A DNA stretch of 54,455 nucleotides, filler included, from Basidiobolus ranarum (GCA_040143965.1; 2 parts of 2 records of this genome joined end to end with filler, not necessarily neighbours in it), one strand, 5' to 3'; shown: positions 13,648 to 27,356, counted from the whole stretch's first letter. Notes: a model not told the origin generated them from the letters alone. Program-made: numbers and translations.

Positions 13648-15151
13648 AAGATGAGTCTCCGAAATCATGCACCATTAAAACTGGTTTTATGTCTCTAGAC
13701 CAAACACCGGCACTCAGCTTTTTCGACTAAGAACTTATACTAGACTTGGGTATAGTAGTTGATGTTGTATATTAATTTGGATCTGATCACATTGATCTTC
13801 TAGTTGGAAGAGCACCAGTGATTGAATATCAACATCTTGCTCTATACTTGTTTGAACAGTGGAGCCTATATATATACCGAAACTAGGATACCAAATAGCA
13901 TTTGACCTTACGCCTCATCACATATGCAATCATTACAGCTTCTCAACGCAGACAGGTAATATCTGAAGAAGCGAAATAGCAATGTATTGAAAGGCAGTCT
14001 CTACTGTAATCACGAAATGGGTATCTACGAAGTTAACCTTACAATGGCTGAGAGTACTTAGTGACCAGTCAAGCATTAGTATTGCTTCTTACGTCTATTC
14101 TGGCCTCGTTGTTCTAGAAACTCGGTGGGTGACCTTAGGATCAAAGACCAACTCAGCCGGTTGAATATATAGCAGCAAAAGCTGGCGTGCAAAATAGAGC
14201 AAGCCTACCAACTTCTTATAATCAACTCACACCAAACCGATCACGCATTAAAAAAAGGGGCGGTGTCTACATCTCCCGTAGAAAGAAGCTCTATTCCCAT
14301 ATCGAATGTATTTTCTCAATTAATGTAAATTAATGTAGTTCACACTCTTGTGTTGCTGATGTGAACTGCAAAATCGACACATGAGGCCTCCATATTAAGC
14401 AATCGACAAGAAGTAATGACTCTTCCTCAGACTAGATGTGACACTGCGAAACAACTGTTGTATTAGGATGAGAATAATTTTGAAATACATCCCACCGAGA
14501 GATTCTGAGGACACACCTGAAATTTGCATTTTTGATCACCAAATGCACTCCTGATTCTGGGACCAATAGATCATCCACGGATGTAGGATCGTGTGTGGAC
14601 CCGGTACTAAGCGCATTAAACTAAGCGCAATAAACATGCCATGTTCTTTACTGGTGATTACCTACATCTGGCTAATTTAAAGTTTCTAATAGGATTTTGA
14701 AGACGTGACTCGGGAAGCATCCGCTGCATTCTCTTTCACAATCTTTACCCGTATTGGCCAGTGCTGATTCATGTTAAATCTTGATTCACATTGGCTAGAG
14801 CTATCCTATTCTGTACCCTAGATTGGTTATTATGCCACAAACTATATGATTCCAAAAATATGAGTAATAAATATGCATACAATCAGACGTTTTAAAATAT
14901 CCCTCGAACGGAAACTATGGGTGGCAGAAGAAACATCCACTGAGAGTTTAGATGTAAATAGCTCAACCACTATTTAAGTTGTTGCTTGATAATCAGACGT
15001 TCTTCAAATCTTAAACTTTGTTTTTTCTTTTTAAGCGTATCTACCATTTCTTATTTCCTTGATTACTATTGAATTTTGGAACTATACGTATATACAGCCT
15101 CACGGAAGCATTATCTCGATTCCTTTGTCGAAGTATCTTTAAATTTCCACT

Positions 15152-16460
15152 ATGCTGTATTCGGATGAACAAGAAGAATCATTCGCATTCTTTGATGGTA
15201 CGTTTTTCAGAAATTTCCACGGCAAAGACAAAAAGTCTTAGTATTTATGGCTATACTTTTGTTGGTTTTATGCAGAGCTGGACTCTATCTTAAATCAAGA
15301 CCTTCCATCCTCTGATATCAACAACGCGTTAGACGCCTACTTTAGTACTCTTGAACGAAACCTCGGTAAACACCTAATTGTATTTTCAAACTCTAAGCAT
15401 TTACTTATCTTCCTCTAAGACTCCGTCAATCGCACTGACGCACTAGCAACAATATGCTGTGCTCTAGTTGAATCCGCGTTGTTTGAAAGAAATAAAAAGA
15501 TTGCCGTAGAATATATAATCGATGAAGCATTTACGGTAATATGTTCAAGTAAACTACTGAAAGATTGAAGCCATACTAAAGAGCCAAACTTATAGTCCAC
15601 TCGTAATGTCAACATATTGTATACTGTTTTGTATTTTGCTGGGGAGATGTATTCTTTTTCACTAGATATGATGTTAGAACGTGGCATGATCTTTAAATTG
15701 ACTCAGGATCTTCTCATTAAAGGTAATTCTCATTCTATATCTTCTGCCTTCAGCTGGAGCATTGACACAATTTTTGAGTACAGTACCTGGAGATGGAAAC
15801 TTATTTTCTATTATGCTTTTACTCTGTGAATTATGCCAGTTTCATAGGTTACCTAACTCTGACTTGAAATTGCTGAACGAGACACTAATTCATAAATTGC
15901 TTGATATCGTGGAAGAAACCCAGTGTGGAGACGAATCTGTGAATTACACTGGTATTCAGTTGATTCTAACCATCAACTCGCAATTTACGGATCTACATCA
16001 AGAAAACGGAAACACAGTTATTAAAGTATTAAGCAATCGGTTTGAAACAAGTAAATCTTTTGGAGAAAATCTACTATTTATGATGAACCGTGGTGCTAAA
16101 CCAGACATTCAGTTATTGATTCTCAAACTGTTGTACGCTTTGTTTACCAACAATACGACGTATGACTATTTCTACACCAATGATCTTAGGGTCCTAGTAG
16201 ATGTAATTATACGAGAGCTGTATAACCTGTCGGACGAAGATGGAGAGTTGCGTAGAGCTTACCTTGAAGTTCTACCACCACTAGTATGTAATACTCAGTA
16301 TCCAGAGATTCTTCATAAGGCTCAACAGATCGTGTGTCTGTTGGAAGAATTAACTACCGAACAGGCACACAGAAACACTACTAGAGAAGTCCAGTTGATA
16401 GTGGCGAAAGTTCGTTCCGAATGCGCTCCTGTGTTAATTGCTGGTTTCAAAACTGACTAG
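15152..16460 (+). CDS. LDB17: Ldb17/Dip1/SPIN90-family Arp2/3 activator (DUF2013), 5 exons
   Basis: Four GT-AG introns join MLYSDEQEES... to the 15762-16460 ORF, which carries the family signature FYTNDLRVLVDVIIREL and FGENLLFMMNR. Confidence 0.82.
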
Positions 16461-19400
16461 TTGCTCTATATATGACTTAGCTTTATTCCGAATCAATCTC
16501 TACCGACCTTTATCACTTATGCTACATATTTTCTTTGAGGCTTTTATCTATTATTGCCATTAATAACTCATAGCTAAGTCAAGTCTACCTTTGAGCATAC
16601 CAGACATACAGTCTATATAAATAGTACGCTATAATTTAGCAGCTCACGTGTCCAGTACCTTTCCTGGCTGTACCAAATAATATCGGAAGAATATAGATGG
16701 AGTTGCTCTGTATGATCCCAACATCTCTATTAAGGATTTGGCAATCATGAAGGAAATATCCAATCTAATCCATCAAACCCGCCTATTTAGAAGGCAATGG
16801 CTTCTTTATACGGTGGCGGGATCCTAATTCTCTGCATTTGGCACGGCGAGCATCATCTGAGTATGTATGACTAGGATGACTTACTCGAGCTCCGTTGACT
16901 TTTGCGTTGAAGAAACGAATTCCTGTCAAATATTAGCAGCAATTGATGAGACGTTTAACTCGCACCATACCACAGTTTTACCCCTCAATGACATCATTGT
17001 GGAGTGGAGCTACCTTCAATGAGTACAAATCAATAAATGTGCATATACGTTCAAGCCTTTGCTTAGAATTCGCCTATCGGATGAACCCTTATTGAGAGAC
17101 TTTATCCGAGAATTCTTATTTATGCCAAAAGGGAATTCATTTAAAATCATCTGCACTGAAAGGGAAATCTTAGAGAATGCAACATCTATGTAGTATGTAT
17201 GATGACATAGAAGACTTTGTGAAACGTTGCAAGTTTGCGTTCAAAGAGGTAACTTTCAAGTAAGTAGAGCTTGATTCTTTGCATTTTGGCGATTTCTCCG
17301 CCCATGCCACAACTTTTTATTGACGAGAGTCGGTTCTCTCCATTGTATTCCAATTCGTGTAACAGATTTCTAAATGTTCCACAACATAGTGACTGAGAGT
17401 TTGGTGCTTATTGGTAAGAAGTTCAACTATGATGGTATCAACATGACAGAAATAACCCGATCAATGACATCAACCCACACATTATGCATCGATGTTAAAG
17501 CTACCTTATGAACTATTCACTACATGTTCTCTCTTTAGATCTTCTACACTTGTCTCCATGAATCTAAAGGTTTAATTTGTCACAGATTTTTCTTTTGCCT
17601 CAAACCTCATTCTAGACCCTTGTTTAGCATTGGTTTCATCAACCACGAAAATCTCACTCCAACTAGATTTTTTAATCCCCCAGTTGATTTTCGAGAACTA
17701 ACTTAGATCCAATAAACAATAATCAGATCCAAGGGATAAAGTGAACGCCAAACCTTACCGTACTAACCTTTAGGAAAGGCCCCGTAGCGAATCGTAAGCT
17801 GAGATCATGTAGTCCATTTTTCTCACTAAGATCTTGTCAGTAGAGGTAGAGTTGCTGCAATTAACGCTAGAGTGGATGGCGATATTTCAGGAACAGTATC
17901 CTGGATACTTGCCCAAGACAAACCTTACTCAACACCAACACAGCTTTATAACAGCGTATTTATCTGGACTAACTACAGAGGTTCATCTTACTCATCTTAG
18001 GCAAGTATTACATATCAAACTACTCATTGTTCTTGCAGGGTTTATTATGTAATCAGACAGCAGGAGAGTGTGAAGATTATTAAATGCTGCTGCATATCTA
18101 TGCAAACAAAACTCCGCAAGAAACTGACCAACCCAGAATAATTCTCTCCGTTAAAGTGATGAATTCCTATGATGAACGCTTAAATTAAGGTTAGCTCACT
18201 CTAGAACACTACTCTATAAAGGGAATACTCGTTACTGAAAACTCCACTAAGTCACCATTACCTAAGGATTACATGACAATGATGATTTGCTCTGCTCTGG
18301 TGTGGTATGTACGATGTAGAGCCTCCATAAAGCCCTAAAATCAAAGAATGCATCGCCTACCAGTTTCTATTGCCAAAGTGTCTATGTGTAACTCCAAGTA
18401 ACAGCGGTGACAGCATAATTACCTTGAATAGCCTTTGTACGTAGCAAATTCTAGGAGAGGGCGAGTGATTGGCCCACATAGCATACTAAAATGACCATAT
18501 CCATATCGCTGCTTTGTGCCAAACGCGATGGTTTCCAGACAATCACCAAGTCTTGGCTGTGTTTAGATGCAGCCCATTCGTCAAAATAAATGAAATTGGT
18601 GCAAATTACTACAGATTATCAGTTGATTAGTGTCTTGTTGCGTATATGCTCATGTCGAGGTGGTTTCTATGGTGCAATTGTGAATTCTACGAAATCAGAA
18701 ACTCTATTTGCATTTGGAAAGAGTGGACAATTTTCATTCAAACCCAGATGAAAAGTTACGTCATTCAGTATGGACAATTGCCTTTTTTGAGAGACTAGGG
18801 GAGCTGAAGTGTCAGGAGTGAGTGCCGGTGTCTCTCAACAAAATAGGGCGATTGTTCTGGGTGCAAAAGGTCAAACGGATAGCTCAGTTTCCTGCACATA
18901 ATATCGCCATCTCAGTTGCTGCGAATCCATCCCTGCCTCAATACTAAAACGCTACTGTACCGAAATATGGAGATTGGTTGGCGGTGACTCTGGGTGAAGA
19001 ATTAGGAATTGAGGAGGAGATATTGAAATCCGGTTTTACTTATTTGGTAGAAACCCCATTTCGATAACGTACCATGACATGTCATGGCAGGGAATTCAGT
19101 ATCAATACATCACGTAACCTATTGTCACATCTCACTAACACATGTTTGGACAGTCTGGTGACGATCTGAAGTGACTTGTGCTAGAACGACATAATCGTTA
19201 CGCTCCAATGAAGCTTCTGGTTTGGCACCTCTATTACAAGTCTGTGTAGAAGCAGCGTTTGCTGAATTCGGTAGTGCATTTTAATTAGCATTGGTGCATG
19301 ATGTCAGTGTTGGTAAAGAGGATGTGTTCGCTTAGTTGGCTGAGATGAGATATTCCTCTGTCAACATGTGTCTGTTTGTCTAACTGGCCCAACAAAAAGG

Positions 19401-19867
19401 ATGATGAATGTAGAACCAATTGAGGCAAGTCAATCCCACAAGTTTCGATCACAATGTCTACTTCCGGGCATAAGTGTCGTCATATGTGCACAACCATTTT
19501 CTACATTTGACCAACACTTCTGTTTATCGTTAAATCTATCAATTATCCCCTTCATACAAATTATCATTCCAAGTCAATTATATATTGAGTTTCATCTAAC
19601 CACATTCATTAAGTTTCTCTCAGCTCCCCCGCTAATCCAGACCAATAGTTGTTCTTCCCCTTCTCTTGACCAAATACAAATATCTGGATTTTCCTGTGAT
19701 TTCACTTGCTATTCTCTATTACTCTTTGTCTCCTTACCGCTCTGCCTTCGTATTATCACTTATTCATACAAATACAGTTTTCTTCCCCTTATTGATCATA
19801 CTTGTATCTTCTGCAGACCATTTTTGTACTCGATAGTCTCTATTAATCCTTATCACAACTAAAAACC

Positions 19868-21791
19868 ATGATTAGACAAATCAAAAACTTCTTGAAAACC
19901 GCTACTTCCAGTAAGTCTTCATTACTCGACTCATTATCTTTGGAATTTTTATTGTTGACGCTAACTCACTCTTCTCTCTTTATAATTCTACGTATAAAGT
20001 ACCAAACAGCGATCCACCTTCACCTATTTCTTCCAGCAATCCTTCTGGCGCTGGAAAATCTACTAACTTCGCGGCACCACTTCAACAGGAAGAGCTTCTT
20101 GTGGACCAAAACGCTATTTTTAAGCACCCTAAATATGCAGCTGATCCCAACCTTCCAATTTATCCTAACTTGGACAGATACCAACTTCTCAATAAACTTG
20201 GAGAGTAAGTAGTATATTTGAAATCGGTATATATACCCTCGACGTCTAACCTTTATGATTTTTTAGTGGAGCATTTAGTAACGTCTACAAAGCCTACGAC
20301 AGGTATCGTAGAAAATTGGTAGCTATCAAAGTAGTGCGCAAATTTGAGTTGAACTCACTCCAGGTAAATATTGGTTAATTTAATGAACGTTATCTTGCTT
20401 GATGTTAACATCTTGTGATCCTATTTAAGCGTGGTAATATCCTTAAAGAAGTCACCATCATGCGTACTCTAAATCATCCCAATATCGCTAAACTTCTCGA
20501 CTTTAAGGAGTCAAAGGACTTCTACTACCTGGTGTTGGAGTTGCTTACTGGTGGAGAACTGTTTCATCGGATTGTGAAATTAACTTATTTTAGCGAAGAT
20601 TTGGCTCGTCATGTGATTACCCAGGTGGCTGAAGGAATTTACTATTTACACGAAGAAAAGGGGGTGGTGCATCGTGATATCAAACCGGAAAATTTGCTCT
20701 TTGAGCCGATCCCGATGAAGTCAAGTACTGAAAAACCAGCTTCAGTAGATCGTTTTGACGAAGAGAAAGTCGATGAAGGGGATTTCATTGAGGGTGTAGG
20801 CGGTGGTGGAATAGGTGTAGTTAAGATTGCTGACTTTGGCCTTTCTAAGGTGATCTGGAATAAAGACACAATGACTCCTTGTGGTACTGTTGGATACACC
20901 GCACCAGAGATTGTCAAGGACGAAGGTTACAGTAAAGCAGTAGATATGTGGGCACTTGGGTGTGTCCTATACACCATGTTATGTGGTTTCCCTCCATTCT
21001 ATGATGATGACATCAAAGTTCTGACTGAAAAAGTGGCTCGAGGATATTACTCCTTTTTATCTCCCTGGTGGGATGATATCTCCGATTCCGCTAAAGATTT
21101 AGTATCTCGTCTACTTGATGTTAACCCTGAAAGACGTTACACGATTAACCAGCTATTAGCACATCCCTGGATCAAAGTTAAGAAATCCGTCCAATTTGAA
21201 CCAACAGTTAACGATATCAGCTCAGATTCTTCACTTCGTCATTTGCCTACCTCCCCCACTGGGTACCATCCCGAAGCGTCCTCAATATATCGCGCTACAG
21301 AGGAACATGTTAGTACTCCCTACCATGATGCACCCAGAACCCACGTACGTAGGGAGCACCATCCCATCCCGGTCACTCCAAACGTTTCGATTAAGGAAGC
21401 ATTCGATGTTTCCTACGCAATGCATCGTATGGAAGATGAAGAAGCTGGTAAACGTCGTATGCGCGCAATGCAAGAACAGTACGACAAAGCACAAGGGGTT
21501 GTTCCATTTGCACCATATTACCATCAAAGAGCACTGATGGATATCGTAGATAATGGCGGTTACGAGGAAGATATGAAAACCATCAACTCAGCGTTGAATA
21601 CTCAAATGAAAGATCCTTACCAACCACGTACGCGTAATATCGGTAAATCGAATCAACCACCAGCCATGCACACAGGTCGCCAAGTAGAGCAAAAAAGAGA
21701 GGGTAGACGAGCTGGCTTCGAATTGAATATGAACAACGCTACTTTACTAAGTAGAAGAAAGCAAAAGCATCCGGAGCAAATAGTAAACTAG
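19868..21791 (+). CDS. SRK1: CAMK-group MAPK-activated kinase, Srk1/Rck2 type, 4 exons
   Basis: Exons 19868-19910, 20000-20204, 20267-20363 and 20430-21791. Motifs: LGDGAFSNVY, VAIKV, HRDIKPEN, the Rck2/Srk1-specific DEGDFIEGVGGGGIGVVKIADFGLSK insert, and TPCGTVGYTAPE. Confidence 0.93.
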
Positions 21792-23134
21792 AATAATGAA
21801 GTATATATGTATGTATCTATCTATATACAACAAAAAATAGGGAATAGTATTAACAATATCCAGTATTGCATTCTCTCATCTACCTTGCCACTTAATGCAT
21901 AGCTGTCATGGTTCTTATGTATCAATAGCTTACGAAACCACATTCTCTATTCTAACCACCATTTCCATCTTTGCTGTGCCTAACACATCCATTCAATCCC
22001 AAAGAATCTATATATATAACCCAGCGAAGTGATGTCATTCTAAGATATTGTGTTTGCTGAATACTTCCCGAGTTCCTCACCATATCAAATGAACAAGATT
22101 CACATTGCTAATTCTTCACCTTACCTCACACTACTCATTCACTTTTTTTCATTTCCTCTTCCCCTTAATTCATTCATCTCACCCCACCCCACCCCTATTT
22201 TTTCTTAAGATATTTCTCATTTGGGCAGTGAATCCCTACATTCTAATGATTTCTATTCAACAAATAACCAACCTTGACCCAGTCTAGTCCACTGCAATCT
22301 GTTGTGTATATAAAGAAATAATTGATACTCCAATCAATTTGAATCATTAAACGAACCATTATCTATCCTGATTATCAGTTGATCCAACCCGAAGCAATCC
22401 GGTGACAAAGATGAGCACTCAACACTCCATTAAACTACGTTACCCGATCAAGCGTAGCATGAAGTCACTCCAAAAGCCAGAAGTTTTCTCGTAGCCAGAA
22501 AGCGAGGAGATGAGTAGTAGAAATTGGAGAGTAAAGATGAAACCCAAGCCCGAAACTCATCTATTTATCATTATTCGATTCGGGTTGTTTGGGAATTGAA
22601 TGGAATTTTTGGATCAAGTAACATTTGGGCAGCGGATGCGATTCTTGGTTCCATTGGAATCGAGAAACGTTGAGCCATCTGTCTCACTGGGTTTGTAAAA
22701 TACTTCACTTCCAATCCAATGGAAATTGAAGATGGTTCTTCCAGTTCTTGGGATCTACATACATGCTATAATAGCCTGGGATCTTCGTTCTTCAGAAATT
22801 GGATGTTTGGAAGTGCTTGTTGGTCATGATACATTAGGTTGAGTAATGTTTATTGAGATAATGCTAGAAAAGGAATCAATCCTTTGTAGTTGCGGATCTC
22901 CGATAGAACTTAAACGTTGGTTAGCTAGTGGAAAGGGAAGAGTTGCTCAATGAATATCAACCCTTCTCCTCATACTATATTAATGATGGTCACAAACTAG
23001 CACAAATAGTGGAAAGACAAAATGTTGATGAGTAGACTCATCCGGGTGTTTCGGATCAGTTGAATTATTACTTATTAAAATCAATAAACGAATGGGATAT
23101 AACAAAATGGTTAAAATGACGTCCAAATGGATGA

Positions 23135-24736
23135 TTAGGCGCTAAAGAAATGTTTTCGGATGTTAATGAACTGTGTGTTTTGCTATACTTGTATAAAGAC
23201 GGTACTTACATGGAGCAGTTGGCACTTCGACGCTTCTCCTTTTTCTCTTTCGGTTTCCCGCCAAACTGGATTGTACGGATACTAGGGGCAATGCTAGGCT
23301 TCTTCTTCAATCCAGGCTGTGAGAGTGCGGGCTGTGAGGCATGACCCCAGGGACGATGTATGTAGCTTTGTCTGATGCTTTCGTCACTACTGCGTGGTGT
23401 AGAAAATCCAGTTTCTTCACCTGCCTCAATATCAAGGCCTGTATCGTTCAGCTTGTGATCATTGCTAGATGCAATCGCCCCGGGATCTATGGATACGGTG
23501 GGAAGGGAGGGATGGTTTCCGGCATGTTGTGGGTCCGGTAAAATCGGGTTAACTATTGGCTCTTTAGATACTTCCATGTGAGGAAGAGTATCTCCATGGG
23601 CGTCATGGAAATCCTCGTTACAAGTGAAAGATTCGGCATCATTTCGGTGTTCCTTGTCATTCTCAGTAACTGACGAATGTGCCTCACTATTAGTATCCTG
23701 GTGGTTAGACTTTGGTGATGAGTTACGCGTATTATCTGGTCGAGGGCTATGGCTCATCCTTTTGAGTAGGTTGTTGGTACGATATTGTTCGTAAAGAATC
23801 GAGTAAGTTACTTCTTTGAGAGAATTTAAGTGACTATTTATGAGTACGTATTTTAATGGAGTAAAATCGCAGTGATCCGGGTTCAAACAATCCACCACTC
23901 CCCATGGATATCTTCGACCCAGGAATGTTGATGTTTTGTCGGATTTTTCGTTAAACTCATCGCTAGCAATGAGGCTAAACGGAAGCATCTCCCGAAGTTC
24001 AGCATTTTCCTTAATAATCTCTGTATCGTCATCATCTAAGTCGGGAAAGTTAAAGATAGGTATATCTTGTTGATGAATATCCCGGTTGATAGCTTCTTTG
24101 GCCCGTTTCAAACCAGCAACTGTCAAAGTATCAGCTTTACCAATCACAGGAATAATATTCACTCTTTTACCGAGTTTCCTCATGAGAGTAACATCTGCCT
24201 CGGATAGACCAGTATCACTTGGTGGCAGAAAATATAGGCATACATGAACCTGTTCTTCTTTCGGTTTGGGATTACGCTTTAACTTGGACTCCTAAAAGAA
24301 CAATAAAAATTTAGTACATCAAGTTCCATTTATCTTTTCAATTCTTCAAGTCAAAAAAGAAACGGTTCTTCATTCTGTTGTATTCCAAAATATAAAAACT
24401 GACCTCGGCGAGTTTCAATTCTAGTTGACCTTCGATATACCTTAATAGAAAATTACTCTGCTCTTCTAACGTAGCGTCTTCCACGAAGCCTGGAGTATCA
24501 ATCAAGGTAATAGCAAATTTGATTCCCTCCTCCTGTGCTAGTACACGTTTAGTGGTCAGACCAATAGTTTTTCTGATAGGGATATTCTCCGTTTCGACAA
24601 ACCGTGTGTCACGAGTGAGATTAAGTGAGTGATAAAAGGTTTGAAGGAAAGTGGACTTGCCCAAGCCAGAGAAGCCTGCCACTAGCAAATTAAAAGGTGT
24701 AGCAACATTTCTTCTACGAAAACTAAGCGTGGACAT
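23135..24736 (-). CDS. Septin GTPase, 3 exons, predicted C-terminus ...KKEKRRSANCSIA (CaaX)
   Basis: Exons 24736-24404, 24291-23210 and 23141-23135. G1 GFSGLGKST, G3 DTPGF, VHVCLYF, G4 GKADTLT and GRRYPWG are present. The last intron (GTAAGT...CATTAAC...TTTAG) is predicted, and the unspliced ORF ends at 23206. Confidence 0.9.
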
Positions 24737-25170
24737 AGTTGCTGATATAGTTTTAAAGACGTTACTGTATTCTCAAGTCAATTGAGTTCGGCAGTAATAA
24801 TAACCAGTTAGAGGAAATTTATGGATACAGTGGTGGGGGTGCCAGAAGGTTTTGGATAGCTAGGGGAGGGATTTCGAGTCGAGTAAAGGTTCGAAGGCGT
24901 TGTTTCAAATATGTATCAAGTATGCTGGGGTACACTAGTAAGCCTAGTTTCGAGGGAGAAGGAAAGAAAGGTGGGGTTCAGTAATCCTGTCGGGGTGAAT
25001 GGTTGAAATAACCATTAGAGAATAAAATCAATTAAGTGTGAAAACAAATGTACTTGGTGGGATTTTAATTTAAATCAGTATTCAATTCATTTAGATTCTT
25101 CTAATTTAAGTGCGGATTGCATATATTTTTATGAGGTTGTTTAAACTGAACCAGTATTGAATCATGACAT

Positions 25171-25593
25171 TTATGGAAATTTCATATTTGGGTACTCCAA
25201 TGGTGTTGCCGTTGGCTCATCAGTGAACCTGAATCCGATCCAGCATCCATAAAGAGGATCAGAGTCACCTAGATGTGGATAGTCTGCCATTCCCATATCT
25301 GGCATATTTAAAAGCCAAATTTCAATCGCTTCAGGGTACTTGGCCTGGAGTTCTGCTGTCTGTTTTTGAACTGACCGCAATATGCAGTGTGAGTTCGAGA
25401 TTCGAATAAGCATAGAAGCCCACCTCGTTTGCATATTCCATTATGCGAAATACCAGCAATCAATGTTGGCTACGCTTTGGCGTATGAATGTATGTATCCT
25501 TAGTATGGAGCGGCGGATGCCAGGATTTCACTCTATGTATCTCTATTAGCCATAAACAGTCTATCTAAGCTTCTCCATAGGAGACCGACAAAC
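25171..25593 (-). pseudogene. Possible spliced pseudogene of unknown family
   Basis: Two intron-like segments (25360-25423 and 25533-25593) flank an exon with an in-frame TGA (25460-25462). The last exon is open for 62 aa. Confidence 0.3.
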
Positions 25594-26214
25594 CCTGACT
25601 ATATCACCTCAGCTCAATAATTTAATGATTTACAGTTGGTTAAGGCAGTGGACAGGTGAACATCAAATACCCCTGAAATACCATTAGAGGTAGATGTTCT
25701 TCCATATACCGGGGCCTTTTCCGAAAGATGCCGCTCCACAGAGTACCTCTTAGCTGCCCTTATTTTATTTCAGGCCGCTGACTAAAGAGATAGCCCTCTT
25801 TTTAGCGAAGATCTGAGCACTTTTTTAGAGTCAATATGAGGACTGTTGTGGCTCTTTCACATGGAATCCGCCATATTATTCTAACGTGACAACAGAAACT
25901 GTGACAAATATATATTAGCAAAGGCTTAGCCAATATAGTATGTGTACTGGAAAATTCAATAATTAGATATTTACTCTCAATTTTAGCCAACGATGATACA
26001 AGAGATGGGTTTAATTATTCTGACATTGGACATTTGTGTAGATCCACTGCCATACTTAAATGATTACCACAATACATCTTCCAACCAAGGGAGTATTGAT
26101 ATTACATATATGTGCGGTTGGACTTGTTAGTAGTACCAAAGGGCATCAGATATTAGACATTTTACTGGACATTTTGCGAGTGCAACTTCAATTGAGATCG
26201 CGTTTTAGGGAAGC

Positions 26215-27256
26215 CTACGACCAAGGATTGTATAGGCTCGATTGGCTGGACGGACTTGCAAACTTCGATTCTCTCTTGTGCCAGTCCGTTTGAGGATCTG
26301 GAGACGCTGGTGAGCTGTGAAGCGTCTGATAGTGCTTAGACCTTTGTTGGACCGGAGACCACATCCCTCCTTCCATTTGAGATCGATCATAACCTCGCAT
26401 ATTAGGTTCCGTATGAACGCTTTCATCGGTCGAAGGGTCATCATTTTCTTCGTTATATTCTGCTGAATTATCAACAGGACAATACAAAAGTCCGGTTGAT
26501 TCTTCTGAATGGGCCTTTTTGTCATTTGCTATGATACTGTGTGTGCGGCTATTCCCATATCTCTGACTGGTGGTGGATTCTATCTGTTTTGTGCTTACGG
26601 CTGAATAGGAAATAATAGTACTTTTACCTTTGATGCTTTGGTTCTCATTTGGTTTTTGGGTGGGTGATGATACTGTAATGACCGGGTAGTTATAGTCGCC
26701 ATGGACTAGCTGCCGAGCGCACTCATAATCATCTTCTACATTGTCCGAGTCATCAACATCCGGGAAATCCAAGCTTATGCTGTCCATTTGACTCTGTAGT
26801 AGGTACGGGTCTGCTTTCAATGCAGAATCGGCTGAGGGAATCCAGTACTTAGTCTGCCCCCCGTCAACGTAGCGAAGACCTGCGAGAATACGCTGGTTTC
26901 GACCGGGCCCTGCTGGTGCGATTCCTTCAGCTGGTTCGAAAGCACGATAGTTGAATTGGTCGCCAGAATAGGTTTCACGCGAATCTTGAACAATATCACG
27001 TAAACCTAATGCATCCCGAAATGCATGCGGAAGAGTCATACGACCAAAATGAAAATCGTAGTTGTTGTAATCTTTGTATGTGAACGAATGCCTACGTATT
27101 TTCACGTAGCTGCTTAGTAAATCTAAAAATCATATGCTTGGAGATATAAACCAAATTCTCACCAGTGGCCGATGGCGGCAAATATCATCTCGAAACAAAT
27201 CAAAAAATCTTGAATGGCAACTGCAAGTTGATCAGCATTGAAATGAGCATCTACAT
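26215..27256 (-). CDS. TMEM184/OST-alpha (DUF300, Hfl1-like) protein, 3' part only
   Basis: Exon 27256-27163 (..AVAIQDFLICFEMIFAAIGHW), intron 27162-27092, then HSFTYKDY...HAFRDALG...AGLRYVDGGQTKYW, which matches the fungal Hfl1/TMEM184 C-terminal region. The 5' end is lost at the N spacer. Confidence 0.82.
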
Positions 27257-27356
27257 NNNNNNNNNNNNNNNNNNNNNNNNNNNNNNNNNNNNNNNNNNNN
27301 TTAATTAATTAANNNNNNNNNNNNNNNNNNNNNNNNNNNNNNNNNNNNNNNNNNNN
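27257..27356. other. Artificial assembly spacer with six-frame stop linker
   Basis: 44 N + TTAATTAATTAA + 44 N = exactly 100 nt. Confidence 0.97.

Noticed and set aside
14325-14640. Short hairpins and two-copy tandem repeats (e.g. ACTAAGCGCA x2)
   Set aside because: Too short and too few copies to be significant; not a CRISPR array or tRNA.
19368-19862. 164-aa ORF upstream of SRK1
   Set aside because: GTG start in pyrimidine-rich promoter/5' UTR sequence with no domain; probably non-coding.
22300-22950. Broken minus-strand frames between SRK1 and the septin
   Set aside because: Multiple stops in all frames and no recognisable family.
25494-25502. GTATCCTT on the plus strand as a U12 donor
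   Set aside because: No plus-strand gene model or matching U12 branch site nearby.
27301-27312. TTAATTAATTAA as a biological palindrome or piggyBac-type site
   Set aside because: It is centred in a symmetric N run and is a standard artificial stop linker.
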